Part shown: piece by piece, positions 19,819 to 28,024 of the stretch
How positions within the stretch are numbered: the stretch's first letter is position 1
Layout: the number at the start of each line of letters is the position of its first letter
DNA from: Vicinamibacterales bacterium
GTDB lineage: Bacteria; Acidobacteriota; Vicinamibacteria; Vicinamibacterales; UBA8438
DNA: 64,000 nucleotides
Direction of reading: 5' to 3'
NCBI GenBank assembly: GCA_965215895.1
Contig: CBDCEY010000008.1
Span: forward strand, 995,086-1,059,085
The notes under the pieces: model-generated
Told to the model about the DNA's origin: nothing
The model's input: the letters and a program-made list of their open reading frames with translations, nothing else
The model's database searches: none
Program-made: the position numbers and the translations under genes

Positions 19819-19823
19819 CTAAG

Positions 19824-20282
19824 CTACCACGCTTCATCACCACGTATGCCGGCCCCCGGAACCCAGAAGTTGGCCGCGTTGGCTGGTCGGATGGCACCGT
19901 GTGGCTCGACGCCGGCAAGACCAGCGCCCGCGAGGGCCACCGTGCGACCAAGCCCGGCACCATCGGCTTCCACGGCGTGCCCGACGCGGTCTGGGACTTC
20001 CACGTCGGCGGCTACCAGGTCTGCTACAAGTGGCTCAAGGATCGGAAGGGCCGCACGCTCTCGAACAAGGACATCGCCCACTACCAGAAGATCGTCATCG
20101 CCGTGAACGAGACCATCCGCATCATGGCCGAGATCGACGAGGTCATCGAAGCCCACGGCGGTTGGCCCGGCGCGTTCCACACGGCGTCGGGGCCCGCCGA
20201 GAAGCGTCCGGCCCTCTTGAGGGTGGCCGAGTCATCGCCGCCATACGACGCAGGCAAGGGCGGACAAAAGCGCGACCTCTAA
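19824..20282 (+). pseudogene. 3' part of the IS-split methyltransferase (152 codons)
   Basis: Joining 18525 to 19824 restores one frame: ..LHLIESPK|LPRFITTYAGP..GFHGVPDAVWDFHVGGYQVCYKWLKDRKGRTLS..HYQKIV. This is the conserved C-terminal block of type ISP / Eco57I-like enzymes. Confidence 0.85.
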
Positions 20283-20388
20283 ACGTGGCCGCGACCGACG
20301 GCCCCTGCCGTCACGAGGAGCCGACCCGCGATCCCCTGCCTCCGGGCGGGGCCGACCGCTCTAGTTCAGCCCCAGCCGCAACTCGGGT

Positions 20389-20418
20389 TCTGGAACGTTG
20401 TTCCAGAGTTGTTCCAAA
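20389..20418 (+). promoter_or_regulatory. candidate operator: perfect palindrome TCTGGAAC-GTT-GTTCCAGA plus adjacent direct repeat GTTGTTCCAAA
   Basis: 8 bp arms at 20389-20396 and 20400-20407. GTTGTTCCA recurs at 20408-20416, and its complement GGAACAAC occurs at 20472-20479. Confidence 0.45.
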
Positions 20419-20423
20419 TGTAC

Positions 20424-20453
20424 TTGACAAGCCCGTACGGCGCCTCGTATCGT
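20424..20453 (+). promoter_or_regulatory. sigma70-like promoter (TTGACA - 18 nt - TATCGT)
   Basis: -35 at 20424-20429 and -10 at 20448-20453, 37 nt upstream of ATG 20490. A GTGTTG-CGGCA-CAACAC hairpin lies at 20454-20470. Confidence 0.4.
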
Positions 20454-20489
20454 GTGTTGCGGCACAACACAGGAACAACGGAGGCAGAG

Positions 20490-22769
20490 ATGGTTGACCC
20501 CAGGTATTCTGCGAGTCTGAGCCAGACCCAAGGCCGGTTGGGCTTCTCGGTCATCTTCCGGCACCCGGCGAGGCGGGACGATGCGAGCGGCAAGCCGGGC
20601 GTCCGGGTCCGGCGCGGCCTCGGCACGCGGGACGAGGCGGAGGCCGAGCGGCTCCGGGACGAGCTGAACGTTCTTCTGGGCGACCCTGAGTATCACGATC
20701 CGGCCGCGCGGGCCGAGGCCGAGCGGCGATTCGATCCCCGCGTCGTCGATATTTTCTTCGACAAGATGGTGCCCGAGGAGACCGACTTCGCGGCGCTGCG
20801 CGAGGCCGTCATTGCGCTGCCCGAGTCGGGACCGGACGGGTACCGGCGGGTGTTCTTCCTTGGGACGACGGGTGCCGGGAAGACGACGCTCGTCCGCCAG
20901 TTGATCGGGACGGATCCCCTGAAGGAGCGCTTCCCCTCGACCTCGACGGCGAAGACGACCATCCACGACACCGAGATCGTCCTCGCGGAGGGCGACTGGC
21001 GAGCGGTGGTGACCTTCGCCTCGAGCGACGAGGTGCGCGAGCACCTGAACGAGTGCATCTCGGCCGCGGCGCTCGCCGCGGCCAAGGGGGCCGACGACGC
21101 CGACGTGCTCCGGCGCCTGCTCAACCACGTCAATCAACGTTTCCGCTTCAACTACGTGCTCGGAAACGGCCCGACCGTCGCCCCGCGCAGCTCGGACTTC
21201 GACGATGACGAGGAAGAATCGGAGGGCGAGCTGGATCTTCTTTCCGAGGAGGAGGGTGATGCCATCGACGCGGCGAGCACGGCGGAGATGCTCGCCCGGA
21301 CGGTGGAGAAGCTGCGGGAGCTCGCTCGCCGCCTCGGTGACAAGCTGCGCGGCGAGCTCGAAGCCAGTGGGGACGACGACGAGCGCGTGGCCGAGGAGCT
21401 CTTCGAGGAGGAGCTGGACAATCTGTTGCGGGACGACGAGGGGTTCCACCAGGTGGCCGATGCACTGATGGAGGCGATCGAGAAGCGCTTCGACCTGCTG
21501 CCGCCCGCAGAGGTCCAGAAGACGCGGCAGAGCTGGCCTCTGACGTGGAGCGGAGAGTGGCCGGTCGAGAAGCGCGCCGCGTTTCTCCGCGCGATCTCTC
21601 GCTTCTCCAGCAACTACGCGCCTCACTTCGGGCGGCTGCTGACGCCCCTCGTGAACGGCGTGCGGGTTGCCGGGCCCTTCACACCGACCTGGAACGGAGG
21701 CGAGGTTCCTAAGCTCGTTCTCCTCGACGGCGAAGGGCTCGGCCACACGCCCAAGTCGTCCTCGGCAGTCTCGACGGCAGTGAGCCGCCGCATCGAGGCC
21801 ACGGATGCGGTGATCCTCGTGGACAGCGCCACCCAGCCGATGCAGGCGGCGCCGCTCGCCGCCATACGGGAGGTCGTGGCGACCGGGAATGCCCGCAAGC
21901 TCATCATCGGCTTCACGCACTTCGACGAGGTCAAAGGCGACAACCTGCCGAACGCCTCGGCGAAGGTGCAGCACGTTCTCGCCTCAGCCGAGAACGTGCT
22001 CGCGGCCTTCGGAGAGGAGCTCGGGCCGTACGCCGAGCGCGCGTTGCGCCAGCGCCTGGAGAGCGCCCGCTTCTTCTTCGCGGGCATCCACGAGCCGCTG
22101 AGCGAGGCCACCGTCTCGGAAAGGCGGACGATCTCGCAGATCCGCAAGCTCCTCGATGCAATCGATGCGGTGATCGAGCGGCCCGAGCCCACGGAGGCGC
22201 GCCCCGTCTACGACAGGATGAACCTCGTGCTCGCAATCCGCGCCGCGGCCGACGGCTTCCACGAGGCATGGCGACCGCGCCTGGGCCTCGAGTTCAAGCC
22301 CGGTTTCGCGAAAGAGCACTGGACGCGTGTAAAGGCCCTGAGTCGCCGTCTCGCCACAGGACGGGCCGACGAGTACGACACGCTCCGGCCGATCGCCGAC
22401 CTGCGCAAGGAGCTGGTGGAGCGGATCTACGTGTTCGTCCAGAACCCCCTGCGCTGGAAGGGGCCCGAGCCGGCGGACAGCCAAAAGCAGGAGTGCTTCA
22501 ACGTCTTCGCGGACAACCTCAGCCGGCGCATGCTAGAGGTGTGCACTCGCAGGTTGCGGCACGAACACGTAGCGCAGTGGCAGCATGCGTACGACAGGCA
22601 CGGAACCGGCTCGACGTTCGTGCGCGCCCGGATCATCGGCGACCAGATCTACGAGCCGGCGGCGCCCGTTCCCGACGTCACGCCCTCCCCCGACCGCAAC
22701 GAGTTCCTGCGCCAGGTCATCACCGAGGTGGGGAAGGCAGCCGAGGAGACGGGCTCCGTGCTCGAGTAG
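20490..22769 (+). CDS. GTPase-like P-loop NTPase with long acidic/helical insertion (759 aa), function unknown
   Basis: GGAGG lies 7 nt before ATG 20490 (track start 20409 sits inside the promoter). Walker A GTTGAGKTT (20862-20888), STAKTT, acidic run DFDDDEEESEGELDLLSEEEGD, then LVLLDGEGLGH and IIGFTHFDEV (G3/G4-like). Confidence 0.7.
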   Translation: MVDPRYSASLSQTQGRLGFSVIFRHPARRDDASGKPGVRVRRGLGTRDEAEAERLRDELNVLLGDPEYHDPAARAEAERRFDPRVVDIFFDKMVPEETDFAALREAVIALPESGPDGYRRVFFLGTTGAGKTTLVRQLIGTDPLKERFPSTSTAKTTIHDTEIVLAEGDWRAVVTFASSDEVREHLNECISAAALAAAKGADDADVLRRLLNHVNQRFRFNYVLGNGPTVAPRSSDFDDDEEESEGELDLLSEEEGDAIDAASTAEMLARTVEKLRELARRLGDKLRGELEASGDDDERVAEELFEEELDNLLRDDEGFHQVADALMEAIEKRFDLLPPAEVQKTRQSWPLTWSGEWPVEKRAAFLRAISRFSSNYAPHFGRLLTPLVNGVRVAGPFTPTWNGGEVPKLVLLDGEGLGHTPKSSSAVSTAVSRRIEATDAVILVDSATQPMQAAPLAAIREVVATGNARKLIIGFTHFDEVKGDNLPNASAKVQHVLASAENVLAAFGEELGPYAERALRQRLESARFFFAGIHEPLSEATVSERRTISQIRKLLDAIDAVIERPEPTEARPVYDRMNLVLAIRAAADGFHEAWRPRLGLEFKPGFAKEHWTRVKALSRRLATGRADEYDTLRPIADLRKELVERIYVFVQNPLRWKGPEPADSQKQECFNVFADNLSRRMLEVCTRRLRHEHVAQWQHAYDRHGTGSTFVRARIIGDQIYEPAAPVPDVTPSPDRNEFLRQVITEVGKAAEETGSVLE

Positions 22770-22786
22770 TCAGGGGAGATTCTGTT

Positions 22787-25700
22787 ATGAGTGCCATTTC
22801 TGCCGGTGCCCGCCGCTTGCCGCTTCACCACGTCACCATCCGCGTCCCCTGGCACGACGGAGGCTGGACGGGAAGTGTCTGCACCCGCCCGCTCGACAAC
22901 TCGAGTTGCCTAATCCTGCCCCGCATCGGCGAGGGCCGGCGCGACGAAGTAGAAGCGCGTTGCGCCAGCCGGCGGCTCGACGAGCTCGACCGCGCCGATC
23001 TTCCGCCCTGTGTCGGCGAGCGCGTCTCGTTCATGGCGCCCTTCGCGCTCCCGCGGACAATGACGCACCCGTACACGGAGTTCTACCCCGAGACCTACGG
23101 CCACTTCGCACCCACCCGCTTCGTGCAGCCGGCGTACTCCGCGGCATGCATCCCCTACCGATGGATGCTGCGCGAGAAGGTCGAGGGGAGCACGAAGGAT
23201 GGTGAGATCGGGATCGCCGAGCGTCTGAAGATCGGCTGGGTGCCGGACCGCGAGCCCGACATCCGCAATCACCAGGGCAAGGAGGTCGAGACAGCCTGGA
23301 TCCAGGAACGCGAGAACCAGCTCGCGCTGCTCGACACCTTCTTCGGCGCGCTCCGGCCGGTGGAGTCGCTCTGCTTCTTCTATGCCAAGCGCACCCCGCT
23401 CTCCGAGCAGTCCCGGCGCGTGATCGTCGGCGTGGGCCGCGTGCTTTCCGTGGGGGAGGCCACCGAGTACGCATACAAGGTCGAGGGCCCGCCCCTGCGC
23501 TGCGTGCTCTGGGAGCACAACGTGGGCCACTCGGTACGGCCCGGCTCCGCGGACGGTTTCCTCTTTCCCTACCAGGAGGCGCTGGCCCTCGCCGAGCGCG
23601 AGGCGGTCGACCCCGAGGAGTTCGTGACCTTCGCTCCTGACGAGCACTTCGACGCCTACTCTTACGGCTCTGAGCTCCTGACCCACGATGGCGCCGTGGC
23701 CTCCCTCGTGGCCTGCGCGGGGACGCTGCACCGGATCCGCAGCCGGATCGAGGGACCGTGGGACCAGGCGCTCGCCTGGATCGACACGCAGCTCAACCGG
23801 CTCTGGAAGGCGCGTGGTGCGTTCCCCGGCCTGGGATCGGCGCTCTCGGCATTCGGCTACGAGTGGGGCTTCCAGCACGGAAGCCTGCTCGCCTACGAGA
23901 TCGAGCTGCTGCGCGAGCGCGAGGGCGGCGGTGATCCGTGGGCGCTCGTGGACGCCGTGATGAATGATCCCGCGCGGCTCGGCGGGCCCGTGGCGAAGCT
24001 CCTCACGGACGGACTGCGCAGGGGCTGGAAGCGCCTCGCCGACGATAGGCGAGCCCTGCTCCAGCTCCTCGGCCGCTGCGCCGTCTCGGAGGATCAGGCG
24101 CTCCGCATGTACGACACCACGGCGCGGGCGAAGGCCGGTATCGAGGCGAGCGACGCCGAGCTGCTGCGCAATCCGTACCTCCTCTTCGAGCGCGACCGAC
24201 GCGCCGCCGACCCCATCGCCTTCGGCGCGGTGGACCGGGGCCTGTTCCCGGACGAAGCGGTGCGGAAGCAGTTCCCCTTGCCGGAGCCGAGCCGCATCGA
24301 AGACCCGGCCCATGAACGGCGCGTGCGCGCACTGGTCGCGGACCTCCTGGGGCACGCGGCGGCCGAGGGGCACACGCTGCTGCCCCGGAGCTGGGTCATC
24401 CGCAGAGCGCGGGAGCACGCGCTCCAGCCGCCGTGCCCGCTCGGCGAGAACGTGCTCGACGCCTGCGAGGAGAGCTTCGATCCGGTCATTGCGCGTGTCG
24501 CGACACGCGCGGGCGAGCCCGCCTACCAGTTGGAGCGGCTCGTCGAGTGCCGCAAGATCATCCGTCGCGAGGTGCTCGGCCGGAAGAAGGGGAAGCCGCA
24601 CGCGGCCGATCTCGACTGGCGTGGGCTCGTGGACGCGGGGCTCGATGCGCCGCTGCCCAAGGATCCGGAGGAGCGCGAGCTGGAGGAGCGCGCGCGGCGC
24701 GAGAAGGCGGCGGCGCTCGAGCGGCTCTTCCGCTCGCGGCTCTCCGTGTTGATTGGCGCGGCCGGGACGGGCAAGACGACGCTGCTGCGGATGCTCTGCT
24801 CGCTTCCCGGCCTCGCCGAGAAGGGGCTGCTGCTCCTCGCACCCACGGGCAAGGCCCGCGTGCGCCTGGAAGAGCAAACCCGCATGCGGGGTGCCGGCCA
24901 GACACTGGCGCAGTTTCTCATCCGGCAGCAGCGCTACGACGGCGAGACCGGCGCCTACTTTCCCAAGCCCAGGGCGCCCCGCTGTGGCGACTACCGGACC
25001 GTGATCGTGGACGAGTGCTCGATGCTGACCGAAGAACAACTCCCGGCGCTGATCGACTCGCTCAGCAACGTCGAGCGACTCGTGCTCGTCGGGGACCCGC
25101 GCCAGCTCCCGCCGATCGGGGCCGGTCGCCCGTTCGTGGACATCGTTCGAGAGCTCGAGCCGGAGAAAGTCGAGACGCTCTTTCCGCGCTGCGGGCCGGG
25201 CTATGCCGAGCTCACAATTCCGCGACGCCAGCAGGGCGAGGCCCGGGCCGACGTGCTCCTGGCATCGCACTTCAGCGGACGGCCGCTCGATCCTGGCGCA
25301 GACGCCGTGCTGGACGAGGGTGAGGAAGAAATGGACGGACGACTCCGGCTCGTGCGATGGAACCACCCGCAGGAGCTTCAGGAGAAGCTCGTCGCGGAGC
25401 TGGTCGAGGCGCTCGGGCTCTCCGGACCGGACGACGAACTGGGCTTCGAGGAATCGCTGGGCGGCACGCGTTACCGGGACATCCCGTGGGCCTTCTTCAG
25501 GAACCGGTTCGGGGACAACCCAGGAACCGCCGCCCGGGCCGAAGCATGGCAGATGCTCTCGCCCGTGCGCGCTGGGCTCGTGGGGGTGGACGCGCTGAAC
25601 CGCATGCTCCAGACGCAGTTCCGGGCGAAGGCGCGCGAGCTTGCCGAGACGGAGGGCTGGGGCCGCAAGGTGCCGCGTCCCGTCGGCCGGCAGATGCTCC

Positions 25701-26737
25701 TCTACGGCGACAAGGTCATCAACGTCATCAACCAGCGCCGGCGCGATGTCTGGCCGAAGCCCGATGGGGAGGCCTATATCGCCAACGGCGACATCGGCAT
25801 CGTCGTCGGGCAGTACAAGACGAAGAAGTTCAAGGGCCTGCCGTGGAAGCTAGAGGTCGAGTTCGCAGGGCAGCTGGGCCCCAAGTACGGGTTCTACCCC
25901 GGCGAGTTCGGAGACGAAGGCCGCAACCCGCTCGAGCTGGCCTACTGCCTGACGGTGCACAAGACCCAGGGCAGCGAGTTCGGCGTCACCTTTGTCGTGC
26001 TCACCAACCCCTGCTGGCTGCTGTCCCGCGAGCTCTTGTACACGGCGCTGACCCGCCACCAGAACCGGCTGGTCATCCTGCACGAGGGCCCGCTTGTCCA
26101 GTATCGCGGCTATGGAGGCGACGACCACTCGGAGATCGCGCGGCGCATGACCAACCTCTTTGCGGACCCGCTGCCGCGCGAGGTAACGGTGAACGCCAAG
26201 CAACGCTTCCTCGAGGAAGGCCTCATTCATCGAACCGAGCGCGGTGACCTCGTCCGCTCGAAGTCCGAGCTGGTGCTTGCCGACAAGCTACACGCCCGCG
26301 GGATCGACTACGCCTACGAGCAGCCTCTCGTGCTGCCCAATGGTCGCACCCGCTACCCGGATTTCACGATCGCGGATCACGCGCGGGGCGTAACCTTCTA
26401 CTGGGAGCATCTCGGCATGCTCGACGACCCGGGGTACAGAGCCCGATGGGAGCGGAAGCGTGCCGAGTACCTGGAGTGCGGAATCGGGCCTCACGAGGAC
26501 GGCGGAGGCCCGGAAGGAACGCTGATTGAGACCCGCGACGAACCGGGCGGGCGGCTGGATGCAGCGACGATCGCATCGGTGATCGACGGAGTGATCCTGG
26601 GCTGGCACATGGACCTTCACGCGGGCACGGTGGTTGGGAGCCAGACAACCCCGATGAATCAGAACGTGGCGATTGGATTGATCGGCGACCCGGTGCCCCG
26701 CGTGGGCAACGGCGCCGCGGTCAGCAGAAACTCGTAG
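22787..26737 (+). CDS. large SF1 (RecD/AAA_30-like) helicase with unknown N-terminal half and C-terminal endonuclease-like domain (1316 aa)
   Basis: GGGGAG RBS, ATG 22787, 18 nt after the upstream stop. N-terminal block VPWHDGGWTGSVCTRPLDNSSCLILPRI. Helicase motifs GAAGTGKTT (24755-24781), VIVDECSML, LVLVGDPRQLPPIG, TVHKTQGSEF. Tail SKSE..YEQP..RYPDF..YWEHLG (about 26250-26470). Confidence 0.75.
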   Translation: MSAISAGARRLPLHHVTIRVPWHDGGWTGSVCTRPLDNSSCLILPRIGEGRRDEVEARCASRRLDELDRADLPPCVGERVSFMAPFALPRTMTHPYTEFYPETYGHFAPTRFVQPAYSAACIPYRWMLREKVEGSTKDGEIGIAERLKIGWVPDREPDIRNHQGKEVETAWIQERENQLALLDTFFGALRPVESLCFFYAKRTPLSEQSRRVIVGVGRVLSVGEATEYAYKVEGPPLRCVLWEHNVGHSVRPGSADGFLFPYQEALALAEREAVDPEEFVTFAPDEHFDAYSYGSELLTHDGAVASLVACAGTLHRIRSRIEGPWDQALAWIDTQLNRLWKARGAFPGLGSALSAFGYEWGFQHGSLLAYEIELLREREGGGDPWALVDAVMNDPARLGGPVAKLLTDGLRRGWKRLADDRRALLQLLGRCAVSEDQALRMYDTTARAKAGIEASDAELLRNPYLLFERDRRAADPIAFGAVDRGLFPDEAVRKQFPLPEPSRIEDPAHERRVRALVADLLGHAAAEGHTLLPRSWVIRRAREHALQPPCPLGENVLDACEESFDPVIARVATRAGEPAYQLERLVECRKIIRREVLGRKKGKPHAADLDWRGLVDAGLDAPLPKDPEERELEERARREKAAALERLFRSRLSVLIGAAGTGKTTLLRMLCSLPGLAEKGLLLLAPTGKARVRLEEQTRMRGAGQTLAQFLIRQQRYDGETGAYFPKPRAPRCGDYRTVIVDECSMLTEEQLPALIDSLSNVERLVLVGDPRQLPPIGAGRPFVDIVRELEPEKVETLFPRCGPGYAELTIPRRQQGEARADVLLASHFSGRPLDPGADAVLDEGEEEMDGRLRLVRWNHPQELQEKLVAELVEALGLSGPDDELGFEESLGGTRYRDIPWAFFRNRFGDNPGTAARAEAWQMLSPVRAGLVGVDALNRMLQTQFRAKARELAETEGWGRKVPRPVGRQMLLYGDKVINVINQRRRDVWPKPDGEAYIANGDIGIVVGQYKTKKFKGLPWKLEVEFAGQLGPKYGFYPGEFGDEGRNPLELAYCLTVHKTQGSEFGVTFVVLTNPCWLLSRELLYTALTRHQNRLVILHEGPLVQYRGYGGDDHSEIARRMTNLFADPLPREVTVNAKQRFLEEGLIHRTERGDLVRSKSELVLADKLHARGIDYAYEQPLVLPNGRTRYPDFTIADHARGVTFYWEHLGMLDDPGYRARWERKRAEYLECGIGPHEDGGGPEGTLIETRDEPGGRLDAATIASVIDGVILGWHMDLHAGTVVGSQTTPMNQNVAIGLIGDPVPRVGNGAAVSRNS

Positions 26738-27699
26738 CGGTTCAGCGAGGCGGCCACCTCCCCCACCGCCTCCAGGTCCAGGTTGTCGAACAGCGGCATC
26801 CCCAGGTAGATGAGGGCGAAGCGGTGGAGCGGGCGGGGACCGAGGTCGTCCGCCACCGTCACCGCCGGGTCGGCGTCGGCCGGCGCCATGTCCTGCGCCG
26901 CCTCGCCGCCCAGTATCGCGATGTCCCGCTCCCTGAGCCAAGGAATGACCGACGCGTGCAGTCCCGCCGACGCGTTGGCCACGTCCCAGGGGCCGACCTC
27001 GGCGCGCCGGGCCCAGCGGCCGGTGCGGATGACCACCACGTCGCCGGCGGAGACGGTCACCCCCGTCGCCGCCTCCCAGGCCTCGATGTCCTCGACGTGG
27101 ATCGGCGTGCCGGGCTCCAGGTACGGCACGTTCCGGAACCGCGCCATGTCGATCAGCACGCCCCGGGTGACGATGCCCGACTTGGCGTTGTGCACGGTGT
27201 TCCTGGAGTGGCCGCCCTGCGCCGCGACCACGGCGGGATCCGGCCGGTAGCCGTTGTAGGTCACGCCCTCGCCGATGAAGTTGTGGTTCAGGAAGTCGAG
27301 GTGCGTGTGGATGAACCCGTGGTACGAGATCCGGATCTCGTCGGCGGTGATCCCGAGCGGGGTGACCTGATACGGCCGCGGGCCGTCGACCGTCGCCTCG
27401 GTCTCGGCGTCGCGCGCGAGCGAGACCGAGATGCCCTCCCGCACGAGGGAGGCGGCCTGCCTGCGCTTCTCCCGCGTGATGAGGTTCAGGGTGCCGATCT
27501 CATCGTCGGCGCCCCACCGCCCCCAGTTCGTCAGCTCCTGCTTCCACCGCTCCACGTCCGCCTGCGTCACCTGCCGTCCGGCGGCAGCCTGGTCCCGTTC
27601 CTGCTGGAAGCCCCGGGAGCCGACGGTTTGAGCGAACGGCACCGATGTGACGATGGCCGCCAGTGTGAAGATGCCCAGACTCCTCTTCGTCGTTCCCAT
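26659..27699 (-). CDS. cyclase-family protein (kynurenine-formamidase-like), secreted
   Basis: ATG 27699 (internal Met of the track ORF). Signal-like N-terminus. HGFIHTHLDFLNH metal-binding-type motif. The 3' end overlaps the convergent helicase ORF by 79 nt. Confidence 0.75.
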   Translation of the reverse strand: MGTTKRSLGIFTLAAIVTSVPFAQTVGSRGFQQERDQAAAGRQVTQADVERWKQELTNWGRWGADDEIGTLNLITREKRRQAASLVREGISVSLARDAETEATVDGPRPYQVTPLGITADEIRISYHGFIHTHLDFLNHNFIGEGVTYNGYRPDPAVVAAQGGHSRNTVHNAKSGIVTRGVLIDMARFRNVPYLEPGTPIHVEDIEAWEAATGVTVSAGDVVVIRTGRWARRAEVGPWDVANASAGLHASVIPWLRERDIAILGGEAAQDMAPADADPAVTVADDLGPRPLHRFALIYLGMPLFDNLDLEAVGEVAASLNRYEFLLTAAPLPTRGTGSPINPIATF

Positions 27700-28024
27700 C
27701 GATCTCTCCCAGGTATCGCCTCCGGGGTCGATCCGGCTCCGCGTCGCTTGAACCCGGATGCTCCAACCGGCCGGCCCCGCCGAGCGAACTTCTCCCGGTC
27801 CCGCGCTCCTGCGCCGACGGGACACCGTCTCGGATGATAGCCGCGTCCGCTCTCCCGCGGCGAGAATCTCCGGCCGGCGGTGCCGCCCCCCCCCCGGGTG
27901 CGCAACCGGCGCGTCCGTGTCCGCCGTCCGGCCGCGGATCATCCCCATTGCGGTTTGGCGTACAGACTCCTAGAATGGGGTTTCGACTCTGACCGGAAAC
28001 ACGTTCGCACCGAGGAGGCCGCGG

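Noticed and set aside
12140-26737. Assigning the island to DISARM or BREX
   Set aside because: There is no DUF1998 (DrmB) or DrmA-type SF2 helicase, and no PglZ, BrxC or BrxL-like genes. Only the SNF2, PLD and adenine-methylase components are shared, so the name would overstate the evidence.
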